A stretch of DNA of 55,567 nucleotides from positions 1-55,567 of the forward strand of contig PWMT01000168.1 of NCBI GenBank assembly GCA_003558085.1, in the 5' to 3' direction. The first letter of the stretch is position 1, and each line of letters opens with the position of its first letter. The notes beneath the pieces were generated by a model. It searched no databases. It was not told where the DNA came from and worked only from the letters and a program-made list of their open reading frames with translations. This document shows positions 46,500 to 55,567 of this stretch, piece by piece. The DNA comes from Methanobacteriaceae archaeon (GTDB lineage Archaea; Methanobacteriota; Methanobacteria; Methanobacteriales; Methanobacteriaceae). The position numbers were made by a program, and so were the translations under genes.

Positions 46500-47300
46500 A
46501 ATATGAAGTTATGTTTCAAGTGTAAAAATGTTATCATAACTAACAAATAAAACTTTTTATTATTTTCTCAGGTTCTTATTAATAACAAATCTGGAACTTA
46601 TATTTATAATAAATTATTAATTTATATTATTAAAAGAGGTGTATTTCCAGTGTAATATGATGATAAATTATAACCTTGAAATTTTCATATCTGCTTATAT
46701 TTAAATAGAAGTAATCATAGGATCTTAAATATAAAATTAAGTAGAAATAAGTTTATCTAGCATTATAAATTATATTTAATAATTAATTAATTAAAAAAAC
46801 TTTTAAATTGAATATTGTTTATGGTCTAATTAGGTTAGGAGAATAGTTACACTTGAAATATATGACTATTTTAATTAATTCAAAAATATTCACCTAAAAA
46901 AAAACCACTATTTTATTATTTTTACACTTGCAATTGACCTCATTTTAACTTTCTTATTGCACTATTTTAAGGTAAAAATGAACCAGAATCCTTGTTTATT
47001 AATTTTTCGTATTTTTATTCATTAATTAAAAATTACTTAGTTACAGTTGCAATTGACCTCTCTGTGGAGGGTTTGGTTTTTTCGGGTGCTGGTTTTTTAC
47101 AGTTGCAATTGACCTCTCTGTGGTGTTTTTATGTGATGGGAGGTAGATTTTTTTTACAGTTGCAATTGACCTCTCTCTGATGTTTTTTGGTTTTTTTGGG
47201 TGCTGGTTTTTTACAGTTGCAATTGACCTCTCTGTGGTGTTTTTATGTGATGGGAGGTAGATTTTTTTTACAGTTGCAATTGACCTCTCTAAAAAAAAAA
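46500..47300. other. Probable chromosomal replication origin (oriC): inverted ORB boxes flanking an AT-rich segment
   Basis: Minus-strand boxes at 46513-46525 (TTACACTTGAAAC) and 46636-46655 (TTACACTGGAAATACACCTC). AT-rich segment at 46656-46846. Plus-strand boxes at 46847 (TTACACTTGAAAT), 46922, 47041, 47097, 47154, 47211 and 47268. Directly upstream of cdc6. Confidence 0.9.
47041..47290 (+). repeat. Five identical 23-bp ORB-type repeats, period 56-57 bp
   Basis: TTACAGTTGCAATTGACCTCTCT five times. Spacers 2 and 4 are identical; spacers 1 and 3 are related. Confidence 0.95.
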
Positions 47301-47479
47301 GAATAAACTTAATTTTGAATTTTTACTACTTAAATGGAATAAATTTTGAATTATAAATTGAACTAAACCGCTTAAGTGAATAATCTTAATTTCAGATATT
47401 AAATAAAAATATAAAACAATATTCACTATCTTAAGTGAATAAAAATAAGGAAGTTTATTTTTATATTACTTAGATTTTA

Positions 47480-47962
47480 TTAAACATACATAGAATCAGA
47501 CTGTTTGGCTTCAATTTCGTTTGTACCGAAATTTTTCTGTATTTTCCATAAACCCTGTAATTTAGCCCTAAAAACTTTTTTCAAACTTAAAATTAAATTA
47601 TTTTTAGTTAGACCATCCTCATATAATTCATCACTAATAACATAACTATTTAAGACATTATCAGGATGTTCCAATTGAAAATCCACTAAAAAATTATTTA
47701 AAGAGAATTTAAAATCCCATAAAAATTCTTCCTTCTCTTTATCACTTAATTTTTGAATTTGCGAGACATGTTCCGGGCTTACATTCGTAGCACAACCAAT
47801 TACAACCATATCTTTTTTGTTTAAAGGCTGTATAAGATCTAAAATATGTCCTTCAGGATAATTTAAAAGGAAGTGGAAATTCGAATTTTCATCAGGTATT
47901 TTTTTATTAAAGTAGCCTTCATCTGCCAACCATTTTTGTATTTTATTTTCCATTTTTGACAT
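47480..47962 (-). CDS. Conserved archaeal hypothetical protein (DUF2299-like)
   Basis: KIQKWLADEG...NFHF...LYEDGLTKN pattern; 160-aa ORF with a GGTGA RBS. Confidence 0.65.
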   Translation of the reverse strand: MSKMENKIQKWLADEGYFNKKIPDENSNFHFLLNYPEGHILDLIQPLNKKDMVVIGCATNVSPEHVSQIQKLSDKEKEEFLWDFKFSLNNFLVDFQLEHPDNVLNSYVISDELYEDGLTKNNLILSLKKVFRAKLQGLWKIQKNFGTNEIEAKQSDSMYV

Positions 47963-48057
47963 TATATCACCACATATATGATTATAGTATGGTCTCCATT
48001 ATCTAACTTAAAACCTAAGCATAGCCTTAATATTAATGGATTCAAAAAGATTGATTT

Positions 48058-48993
48058 ATGGAATCTATTTTTCTGTTAATATTTCTAATGGCCATATTAT
48101 TGGATCTCGTTCTCGGGGAACTACCATTAAAGTTACATCCAGTAGTATGGATAGGTAATATCATCCACTTTCTTAAACCTAGTTTTAAAAAATTACCAAA
48201 CAAATTTTCGGGTTTAATACTTAGTCTAGTGGTAATTATAATTTTTATTGTACCCATCTATTTACTACTAAATTATCTACAATTGAACTTAATTATTTAC
48301 GTTATTATTTCATCGATTTTATTAACTACTACCTTCTCTATTAACCTATTAATATGCTCTGCAAGACAAGTTAAAGAAGATTTAAATTTAGATATAAATA
48401 AAGCAAGGCATTCAATTTCATTGTTAGTGAGTAGGGATACTGAATTATTATCAAAAGAAGAAATCATATCTGCCACTATTGAAACCTTAACCGAGAATAT
48501 AACTGATTCAGTTATGGCCCCTTTGCTATTTTTTTTCATATTGAGTGTACCCGGAGCATTTCTATATCGAATAGTAAATACTTTAGATTCTATGGTAGGA
48601 TACCAGGATGAGGAACATTCATTAATTGGTTGGTTTCCAGCTAAATTAGACGATCTATTAAATTACATCCCTGCTCGTTTAGCAGGATTATTAATAGTAA
48701 TAGCTGCATTAATTCTAGGCTTTAATTGGAAAAAAAGTTTCAATATCATGCTAAAAGATGCTAAAAAAACTCCTAGTCCAAATTCAGGATATACAATGGC
48801 TGCTGCTGCTGGTGCATTAGAAATAAAACTTGAAAAACCAGATGTATATGTTTTAGGTGAAAATCAGCAGAATTTAACTGAAGAAAGTATAAACAAGGCC
48901 GTAAAGTTAAGCAAAATGAGTATAATTTTATTTATTATTTTTTCTATGATTATATATCTTCTTTTTTCCTTTATATGGTTTCAATTCCTATAA
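48058..48993 (+). CDS. cbiB: Adenosylcobinamide-phosphate synthase (CbiB/CobD)
   Basis: HPVVWIG, VSRDT, ENITDS, YRIVNTLDSMVGY, NYIPARL and SPNSG. Confidence 0.95.
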   Translation: MESIFLLIFLMAILLDLVLGELPLKLHPVVWIGNIIHFLKPSFKKLPNKFSGLILSLVVIIIFIVPIYLLLNYLQLNLIIYVIISSILLTTTFSINLLICSARQVKEDLNLDINKARHSISLLVSRDTELLSKEEIISATIETLTENITDSVMAPLLFFFILSVPGAFLYRIVNTLDSMVGYQDEEHSLIGWFPAKLDDLLNYIPARLAGLLIVIAALILGFNWKKSFNIMLKDAKKTPSPNSGYTMAAAAGALEIKLEKPDVYVLGENQQNLTEESINKAVKLSKMSIILFIIFSMIIYLLFSFIWFQFL

Positions 48994-49097
48994 TTTACTT
49001 TTTTTATAATTATTTTTATTAGATCCAATTTTAAACTAGAGAATATTTCCATTATTTATGTAGAGATTATATATTTCAGATTATAAATTTAGTAGAG

Positions 49098-50120
49098 ATG
49101 AAAATAGTAATTTTAAGTGTAACCCTATCTGGTAAAAAACTTGCTCACAAATTAAAGAGTCTGCTCTCAGATGATCCTACAGTAATTCAAGTTGATGTTT
49201 ATCATAAAAATATTAGATCCAACTTAAACAAGATTTTCAATTCTTATGATATAATTGTGGGAATTATGGCCACTGGAATAATGATTAGATCTCTTCTAAA
49301 TTTATTAAATAATAAAAAAACTGATCCTGGAATATTAATTATAGATGAGAAATCTAAATATGTGATTAGTTTAATAGCGGGGCATTTAGGAGGAGCAAAC
49401 CAAATAAGCTTAAAAATTTCCGATCTTCTGGGTGCAGAACCAGTAATAACCACTGCCACTGATATAAATAATAAAATTGGAATTGACGCTTTGGCTTACC
49501 AGTTTTTTTGGGAGATTAAAAATCCAGAATTAATCGTGGATTTCAATAAGGCCATACTTAATGGAGAAAAAATTGGATTACTTACCCAATCACCTATAGA
49601 TTATTTATTTTATGATTCTAAAGTAGCAGATAATTATTATTTGATAAATAAATTAGAATACCGAAAAATCGAACCTATTGAATTAAAGGATAATGAAATA
49701 TGGGCAGTTTTTAATGATAAAAAAATTTTAATAGTTCCTAAAAAATTAACAATTGGAATAGGAAGTCGTAAAGATGTAACCCGAAAACAGGTTTTAAGGG
49801 CTATAGATCAAGCAATCCAAAATCTTAAATTACCGATTAGTAGGATAGATTTCTTGGCCACAGGAGAAATGAAAAGTAATGAGAGAGGAATTATAGAGGC
49901 AGCTTCATATTTAGGACTTCCCTTGGAAATAGTTCCTTTGAATGAACTTAGAGAATTTAAATCATCCCAGTGCTCTAATTCAGCTCTAGTAAAAAATAAG
50001 TTTGGCATTGTTGGGGTTTGTGAACCAAGCTCACTTATCAGCGCAGGTAAAAATTCTAAGTTAATCTTAAAAAAAATCCCTTATAATAAAGTCACAGTAG
50101 CTGCAGCCATATCCACCTGA
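49098..50120 (+). CDS. cbiG: Cobalt-precorrin-5A hydrolase
   Basis: MATGIMIR, KKTDPG, GHLGGAN, PVITTATD, GIGSRK and GVCEPS. Confidence 0.93.
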   Translation: MKIVILSVTLSGKKLAHKLKSLLSDDPTVIQVDVYHKNIRSNLNKIFNSYDIIVGIMATGIMIRSLLNLLNNKKTDPGILIIDEKSKYVISLIAGHLGGANQISLKISDLLGAEPVITTATDINNKIGIDALAYQFFWEIKNPELIVDFNKAILNGEKIGLLTQSPIDYLFYDSKVADNYYLINKLEYRKIEPIELKDNEIWAVFNDKKILIVPKKLTIGIGSRKDVTRKQVLRAIDQAIQNLKLPISRIDFLATGEMKSNERGIIEAASYLGLPLEIVPLNELREFKSSQCSNSALVKNKFGIVGVCEPSSLISAGKNSKLILKKIPYNKVTVAAAIST

Positions 50121-50285
50121 TTTTTATTTTTCTTTAATTAAGGTTTTATATCTATTTATCATCCTATACCAAAACCTATATAAATCTGGTCATATAAACC
50201 AAAATGGATATAATCTTTACTGGGGATATATCTAATTAAGTCAAAATAATCGATATTTTTCTAGGTTTTTATAGGAGGAATTATT

Positions 50286-50540
50286 ATGAGTAATGAAGAA
50301 ATTGACCGTGTTTATGATATATTAAAACACATAATGGATGATAATAGCGTTCCACGTAATATAAGAAGGGCTGCAGAAGAATCTAATGAAATTTTAAGTA
50401 GAAAAGATGAAGATCCAACAGTAAGGGCTAGTACAGTTATTTCTATTTTGGATGAAATTAGTAACGATCCTAATATACCCATACATGCTAGAACCTTAGT
50501 ATGGGAAATACTTAGTGAATTAGAATCTGTTCGGGATTAA
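50286..50540 (+). CDS. UPF0147 family protein
   Basis: [12 protein letters not shown] and [27 protein letters not shown]. Confidence 0.92.
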   Translation: MSNEEIDRVYDILKHIMDDNSVPRNIRRAAEESNEILSRKDEDPTVRASTVISILDEISNDPNIPIHARTLVWEILSELESVRD

Positions 50541-50595
50541 ATAATTTATTAAATCTCTATATAAAGCTATTTTTTGATGTTTGATCATAGGATGT

Positions 50596-51180
50596 TTAAT
50601 CTTTGTTCATTGAATTTAGGAATTGAGCTATAAATTGTGTTTTAGCCATTTCTTCTACAAATTCTGCCATTAAAGCTGCTTGCTCTGTATTTTTTCCAGC
50701 TACAACCAAACCATGATTTTTTAATAGGATTACATCCTCATTTTTTATCATTTTAGATACATTGAATGCTAATTTTTTACTACCTGGTGGTTCATAGGGG
50801 ACCTCAGCCAGATATAATTTATCAGTATCCCCTAAACCCTCCATTCTTTTAATTTTTTGTGTGGAAAAAGAAAAACCAGTGGCATATGGTGAATGTGTAT
50901 GCACAATACCATTAACATCAGGCCGTTTTTTATATATTTCTAGATGTAACGGTAATTCTGAGGATGGAATATTTTTATTTATGCTAAATCCGTCTGTATT
51001 TAACAGCACAATATTTTTAGTATTTACCTGGGAAAGTGAAATTTCAGTAGGAGTAATGGTTATTACATCTCCATCTGGATTTTTAAATCTAGCACTTACA
51101 TTTCCAGCTTTTCCTGAAACTAATTTTCGGTTAAATAAATAATGGGATGTTTTTACAACATTTTCTACTAGTTCTAACAT
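50596..51180 (-). CDS. Class II aldolase/adducin family protein (fuculose-1-phosphate aldolase-like)
   Basis: GNVSAR, ITPT, PSSELPLH, HTHSPYAT and LKNHG. Start uncertain. Confidence 0.88.
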   Translation of the reverse strand: MLELVENVVKTSHYLFNRKLVSGKAGNVSARFKNPDGDVITITPTEISLSQVNTKNIVLLNTDGFSINKNIPSSELPLHLEIYKKRPDVNGIVHTHSPYATGFSFSTQKIKRMEGLGDTDKLYLAEVPYEPPGSKKLAFNVSKMIKNEDVILLKNHGLVVAGKNTEQAALMAEFVEEMAKTQFIAQFLNSMNKD

Positions 51181-51313
51181 TAGAGACTTCCTGTTTATAT
51201 TGAGTCTATTAATTTTTTTAAACAATTCGGCTAAATTATATTTTTTAATTTATTTTAAGAGCTTTAATTAATTTATTTTATCTTTAATTATTTAATTCTG
51301 AATAAATCCGGAT

Positions 51314-52900
51314 TCAAGCAAATTTTAAAACCTTGAAAACTCCTTTATGGAGTACAGGGACTTCTCCACAGGTAGGTATGATATTATATATTTTCTGGAA
51401 TTCTGTTTGTGATTGAAAAGTTCCAGAATTAATCATATGCACGCCTTTATACATTTTATAAGAATTTATATGCACATGACCAGTATGCAGTACATGAGGT
51501 ATTTCATCTATTACTAAGTGATCTTCTAATTCAGAAGCTAGGGGAGTCCTTTCTCCATATATAGGGGCTAAATGCCGTTTTTCTAGTAATTCTCTCATAA
51601 TAAGGTCAGATTTCTGATGTGAAAACCCTTTTAAAGTCATAGCTAGGTCATCAAAACTTCTACCATGATAAATAAGTGTATTTAATCCGTTTAAACTAAC
51701 TAAAGAAGGATTAGAAACAAATTCTATATTATTTAAATCATAGAGGGGATTTGCATATTCTTTAGGTATCACTGGTTGGGGTTCTGCAACTCTAGATGCA
51801 TCGTGGTTTCCAGGAGATATGATTATCTTAAGATCCTGTCGAATTTCACCAAATAATCGGGCAGCTTCATCATATTGTGAATGTATATCCTTTATGATTA
51901 ATTCTTCCTCCTGGTGAGGATAAATTCCAATACCATCCACAATATCTCCAGCTACTATTAAATACTTAACATCAGCAGCAATTTCTTTTTGTTCTTCATT
52001 GCCGTACTCTCCATTTAACCATTTGATAAACTTTCTAAAGGAATCTTCTAAAAACGTGGAACTGCCAATGTGTATATCGGATATAAACACTACTGAAAAG
52101 TCTATATTTTTTTCTTCAAGACGGGGGACACCAGGATTTACTAATTCAGAAGCGATAATTAAATTTCCTTTACGACTACCAACCACCCCTAAAACTTCAT
52201 CTCTTACCAATGTTTCTGATTTTTCAAAAAGCTTATGGTTATCGTTATGAATCAACACACTAATTTCACCGGTTTCGTCCTCTAATTCAATTATTTTATG
52301 ATTGTTTTTGGTTGAACGAATATCATTTACCATTCCAATAATTTTTATCACGTCTTTAGATTGATAGATATCAGCTATGGCAAAGTGATCAGTCAGCTCT
52401 TTTCTTTTTTTTAAAAATTCTTTAATTTTACGGTACCTGCTATTAAAGTAGGATACCATATCTTTAATATTTCCACTAGTGTATGATTTTTTATTACTAT
52501 CTTTAAGTACCTTGAAATCAAAATCAAAATCATTGCTAGGCTTTTTAAATTTAAAATCCTTACCATATTTAGAATCATCATTTTCACTAATGCCGAATCC
52601 TGAGTCTTGTAGCTTTACAGAATTTATTGCATCAGGAACTCTTTTTTTTACAGATTCCATCCCCTTAGTTTCAATGCCTTGATTTTCTAATAATTCTTTT
52701 TCCAAGAATTTGTCTAATATTTCTACAGTTAATAGGATTAAATCTTTTTTTTTATATTTAGCTGATAAATAGGAAATAATTGATGATGTTAAGTCTATAG
52801 GATCCTTAGATGAACTAATTTTTTTATAGGCTCTTTCATTTAATAGTATGCCCGCATTTGTAAATTTATAAAGAATATCAGGAGTCATGGTGATCTTCAT
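51314..52900 (-). CDS. polD1: DNA polymerase D small subunit (DP1)
   Basis: OB fold, then SDIHIGS, AGDIVDG, PGNHD, YHGRS, RHLAP, GHVH and NSGTFQ. Confidence 0.95.
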   Translation of the reverse strand: MKITMTPDILYKFTNAGILLNERAYKKISSSKDPIDLTSSIISYLSAKYKKKDLILLTVEILDKFLEKELLENQGIETKGMESVKKRVPDAINSVKLQDSGFGISENDDSKYGKDFKFKKPSNDFDFDFKVLKDSNKKSYTSGNIKDMVSYFNSRYRKIKEFLKKRKELTDHFAIADIYQSKDVIKIIGMVNDIRSTKNNHKIIELEDETGEISVLIHNDNHKLFEKSETLVRDEVLGVVGSRKGNLIIASELVNPGVPRLEEKNIDFSVVFISDIHIGSSTFLEDSFRKFIKWLNGEYGNEEQKEIAADVKYLIVAGDIVDGIGIYPHQEEELIIKDIHSQYDEAARLFGEIRQDLKIIISPGNHDASRVAEPQPVIPKEYANPLYDLNNIEFVSNPSLVSLNGLNTLIYHGRSFDDLAMTLKGFSHQKSDLIMRELLEKRHLAPIYGERTPLASELEDHLVIDEIPHVLHTGHVHINSYKMYKGVHMINSGTFQSQTEFQKIYNIIPTCGEVPVLHKGVFKVLKFA

Positions 52901-53326
52901 TTCTTATTATTATAAGCTGTTTTTGGGAATTTTTAATCAAATTATTTAAGTTTAAAATATAATCTATTTTATTAATTAACTTTAATTTTATTTATGATAA
53001 AAAGTAAATGTTTACCAGTATTATTAGATAGAATATTATTAAATATAAAAAAACCTTATAAATATTTAAATCATAATCTTGTAATATTTATCTTCAGGTA
53101 CTTCTTTATCTTCAGGTAATAAAAAATACACCTGACCATACAATTATTTCATATTTTAACGTTAAAACAATATTATAAACAATATAAAGGCTGATAAAAA
53201 TTCAATATATTCATTTAAGAAATAATATAAAAAAAAATTCTCTATATTAAAGTGGAATACAATGGAAAAAAGTCCAGTATCCTAATTTAATATGTAGATC
53301 CAAGTACTTAATTTAAAGGTGGTTTT

Positions 53327-53851
53327 TTGTCAAGGATATTAAAATTCATACTATTCCTAGTTTTATTCCTAGTTTTCTTTGAAGCGGGATTAATCAGTTC
53401 CTATACTATCGTCACTTCTCAACCTCCAGATGTGGGTCAGTTGATAGGAATGCAAATTGATCGATTACTAGAAATTTTTGATTTTAGGGAAGATGTAAGT
53501 TCTGCTTTAGAAAGAGAACCTGATGCTTTAAATGTTACTAACAGCGATGAAGTAGCTCAGGCACTGAAGACTAATACTAATTTGGATGGTATTGATCTAG
53601 ATAGTGTTAATGCTACTACTTTTGCATCTAAAAATGAAGACATGATTCCAGTAAATATTACTGCCATGGGATTCCGGGAAGATATTAGTGGAGCAAATGC
53701 TTCTGCTGGCCAGATAATTATTACACCCAGTTCTGACCATATAGTAAAAGCTACAGCTATGGGTACACTAAGAAGACAAGGCATAGAAATTGACATAAAT
53801 ACTATACAAATTGTTTCTATAGGTAGATTGTACTCTCAAGCAAGAAACTAG
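53327..53851 (+). CDS. Hypothetical protein with an N-terminal membrane anchor or signal peptide
   Basis: Hydrophobic [12 protein letters not shown]-terminus; AGGTGG RBS before the TTG start. Confidence 0.7.
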   Translation: MSRILKFILFLVLFLVFFEAGLISSYTIVTSQPPDVGQLIGMQIDRLLEIFDFREDVSSALEREPDALNVTNSDEVAQALKTNTNLDGIDLDSVNATTFASKNEDMIPVNITAMGFREDISGANASAGQIIITPSSDHIVKATAMGTLRRQGIEIDINTIQIVSIGRLYSQARN

Positions 53852-53886
53852 TATTCAATATTTTTTTTAATTTAATATACGGTGAT

Positions 53887-54966
53887 TTGATGATTAGTAT
53901 TGTGGGTATTGGTCCAACTAAAGATGACATGACAATCCGGGCCTTAGCTACCATAAAAAAAGCAGAAGTGGTTATAGGTTATAAACATTATATTCAATTA
54001 ATAGAGGATCTATTAGAGGGAAAAGAGATAATTAAGAAAGGAATGGGTCAGGAGTTACTCCGTGCGGAAATAGCCATTCAAAAAAGTCAGCAAGGTAAAA
54101 AAGTGGCCATAATTAGTTCTGGTGATCCGGGTATATTTGGAATGGCCAATGTTTTTTTTCATTTGATAGGTAAATACAGTGACATTCAAGTAGAAGTAGT
54201 TCCTGGAGTTTCTGCAGTTAATCATGCATCCTCTTTATTAGGAGCTCCTCTCCATGACTTTGCAGTAATTAGTTTATCTGATATTCTTACACCACTAGAG
54301 GAAATTAAGAATAAAATAAAATATGCAATAAAGGGTAATTTAATAATTGCGTTATATAATCCTCGAAGCAAAAAACGCACTGAACCTTTTTATCAAGCTC
54401 AAAAAATTTTTTCAAAGTACCTTAATCCCAATACTCCAGTAGGTATAGTTCAATCCACAACATCTGGACCTGAAACAAAAATTATTCCCTTAAAAAATCT
54501 TAAAGAAGACATGGTTAACATGTCTACCATTTTAATTGTAGGAAACACTACCACCTATGTAGAAGAGGGATACATGATCACGCCTCGTGGTTATGCCTTG
54601 CCTAAATCTATACATCCCCTTTCACAAGAATTTTTTGAAAATTTCCTTACTGGGGAGCGTATATTAGGACCTAATAAGGATTGTGAGTATTATCCTTGCC
54701 ATGCACATCCTCAAAACTGTACCTTTTGTTATTGTCCTTTTTATCCTTGTGGGGACAGATCTACGGGAGGAAAATGGATAAAAGATAAAGGCGTATGGAG
54801 TTGTCAGGATTGTGACTGGATACATCAGGATGAAAATGTTAACTGTATAATGAAAAAATTACCTAATATATTGGAAAGCGTGCAAGATCTTAAAAATAAG
54901 AAGAGAGAACTGTTAAAACTTCGAAGAGAATGTCTATTAAAAATTAATAAGCAATCAAATGAATAA
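53887..54966 (+). CDS. cbiH: Precorrin-3B C17-methyltransferase with a C-terminal cysteine-rich domain
   Basis: [35 protein letters not shown] and TPRGY, then CEYYPCH...[11 protein letters not shown]...CQDCDWIH. Confidence 0.92.
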   Translation: MMISIVGIGPTKDDMTIRALATIKKAEVVIGYKHYIQLIEDLLEGKEIIKKGMGQELLRAEIAIQKSQQGKKVAIISSGDPGIFGMANVFFHLIGKYSDIQVEVVPGVSAVNHASSLLGAPLHDFAVISLSDILTPLEEIKNKIKYAIKGNLIIALYNPRSKKRTEPFYQAQKIFSKYLNPNTPVGIVQSTTSGPETKIIPLKNLKEDMVNMSTILIVGNTTTYVEEGYMITPRGYALPKSIHPLSQEFFENFLTGERILGPNKDCEYYPCHAHPQNCTFCYCPFYPCGDRSTGGKWIKDKGVWSCQDCDWIHQDENVNCIMKKLPNILESVQDLKNKKRELLKLRRECLLKINKQSNE

Positions 54967-55065
54967 TGATTAATGGATCTTAGTAAATTCCAAACGTATT
55001 TATTAAATTATATTTAAATAAATATTTACTATTTTTCATAATAAACATCAATCAGGGGAGGATGA

Positions 55066-55567
55066 ATGGTGTCAAAAAATGTTAAGGATATTTTAATTGA
55101 GATGAAAAACTTATCAGAGCTCATGGTGGATTTAGCCTACTCAGCACTTCTTTTTAATAGTAAAGATGCTGCTGAAGAAGTTATTAAATTAGAAAATAAA
55201 GTTAATCGCCTTAACTATGAAATTAAAAAAGAATCTTTACTAGCAGCCCGTTCAGTAGAAGATGCTGAAAGATTAACTGCACTGTTAGAAGTAGGTGAAG
55301 CAGCAGAATCCATTGCAAACTCAGCTAAAGATATTGCAGATCTTGTTTTAAAAGGCATTAAACCACATCCTGTATTTAAAATGGTCATGGAAGAATCAGA
55401 CGAAATAATAATTAGAGTTATTATTGAAAATGATTCAGATTTATCTGAAAAATCATTAGGTGAATTATTATTAGCCACTAGAACTGGCATGAGGGTATTG
55501 GCCATACGAAGAAATGAATCATGGATCTATGGTCCTGATCGAAATACTATACTTAGCGAGGAAGATA
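55066..55567 (+). CDS. PhoU + TrkA-C domain protein (3' end outside window; not in ORF track)
   Basis: [30 protein letters not shown]...[28 protein letters not shown]. Confidence 0.85.
   Translation, partial: MVSKNVKDILIEMKNLSELMVDLAYSALLFNSKDAAEEVIKLENKVNRLNYEIKKESLLAARSVEDAERLTALLEVGEAAESIANSAKDIADLVLKGIKPHPVFKMVMEESDEIIIRVIIENDSDLSEKSLGELLLATRTGMRVLAIRRNESWIYGPDRNTILSEED

Noticed and set aside
46992-47180. 62-aa ORF in the ORF track
   Set aside because: It is a translation of the origin repeats (LQLQLTSL twice) and has no RBS.
47041-47290. CRISPR array (23-bp repeats, 33-34 bp spacers)
   Set aside because: Spacers are duplicated and low-complexity, the repeat matches the ORB boxes beside cdc6, and no cas genes are in the window.

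Overview
AT-rich chromosomal window from a hydrogenotrophic methanogen, most likely Methanobacteriaceae (Methanobacterium-like). The assignment rests on mtd, cdhA, methanogenesis marker 12, Kae1-Bud32, PolD DP1, Hef and Methanothermobacter-type ORB motifs. It is mostly housekeeping: branched-chain amino acid, arginine, purine, pyrimidine and corrinoid genes and two tRNA synthetases. It also holds the probable replication origin next to cdc6/orc1 (about 46.3-47.5 kb). No mobile element, cas gene or true CRISPR array was found. The main observations are: (1) a Soj/ParA gene coupled to a small partner with a bacterial ParB-like N-terminal arm and a predicted ribbon-helix-helix end, plus a phased 7-bp repeat array in its promoter that recurs 21.7 kb away toward the origin, together a candidate archaeal chromosome partition system with its centromere motif; (2) a CRISPR-like tandem array of five identical ORB-type repeats and a lone ORB-like box 13 kb away; (3) a GC-rich hairpin hidden in the rdgB coding sequence upstream of rps15; (4) a degenerate tRNA-Val copy with a compensated acceptor stem; (5) an in-frame TGA in ilvB; (6) a 48-aa ORF missed by the ORF track. 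All assignments come from reading the sequence and recognising motifs; no database searches were run.
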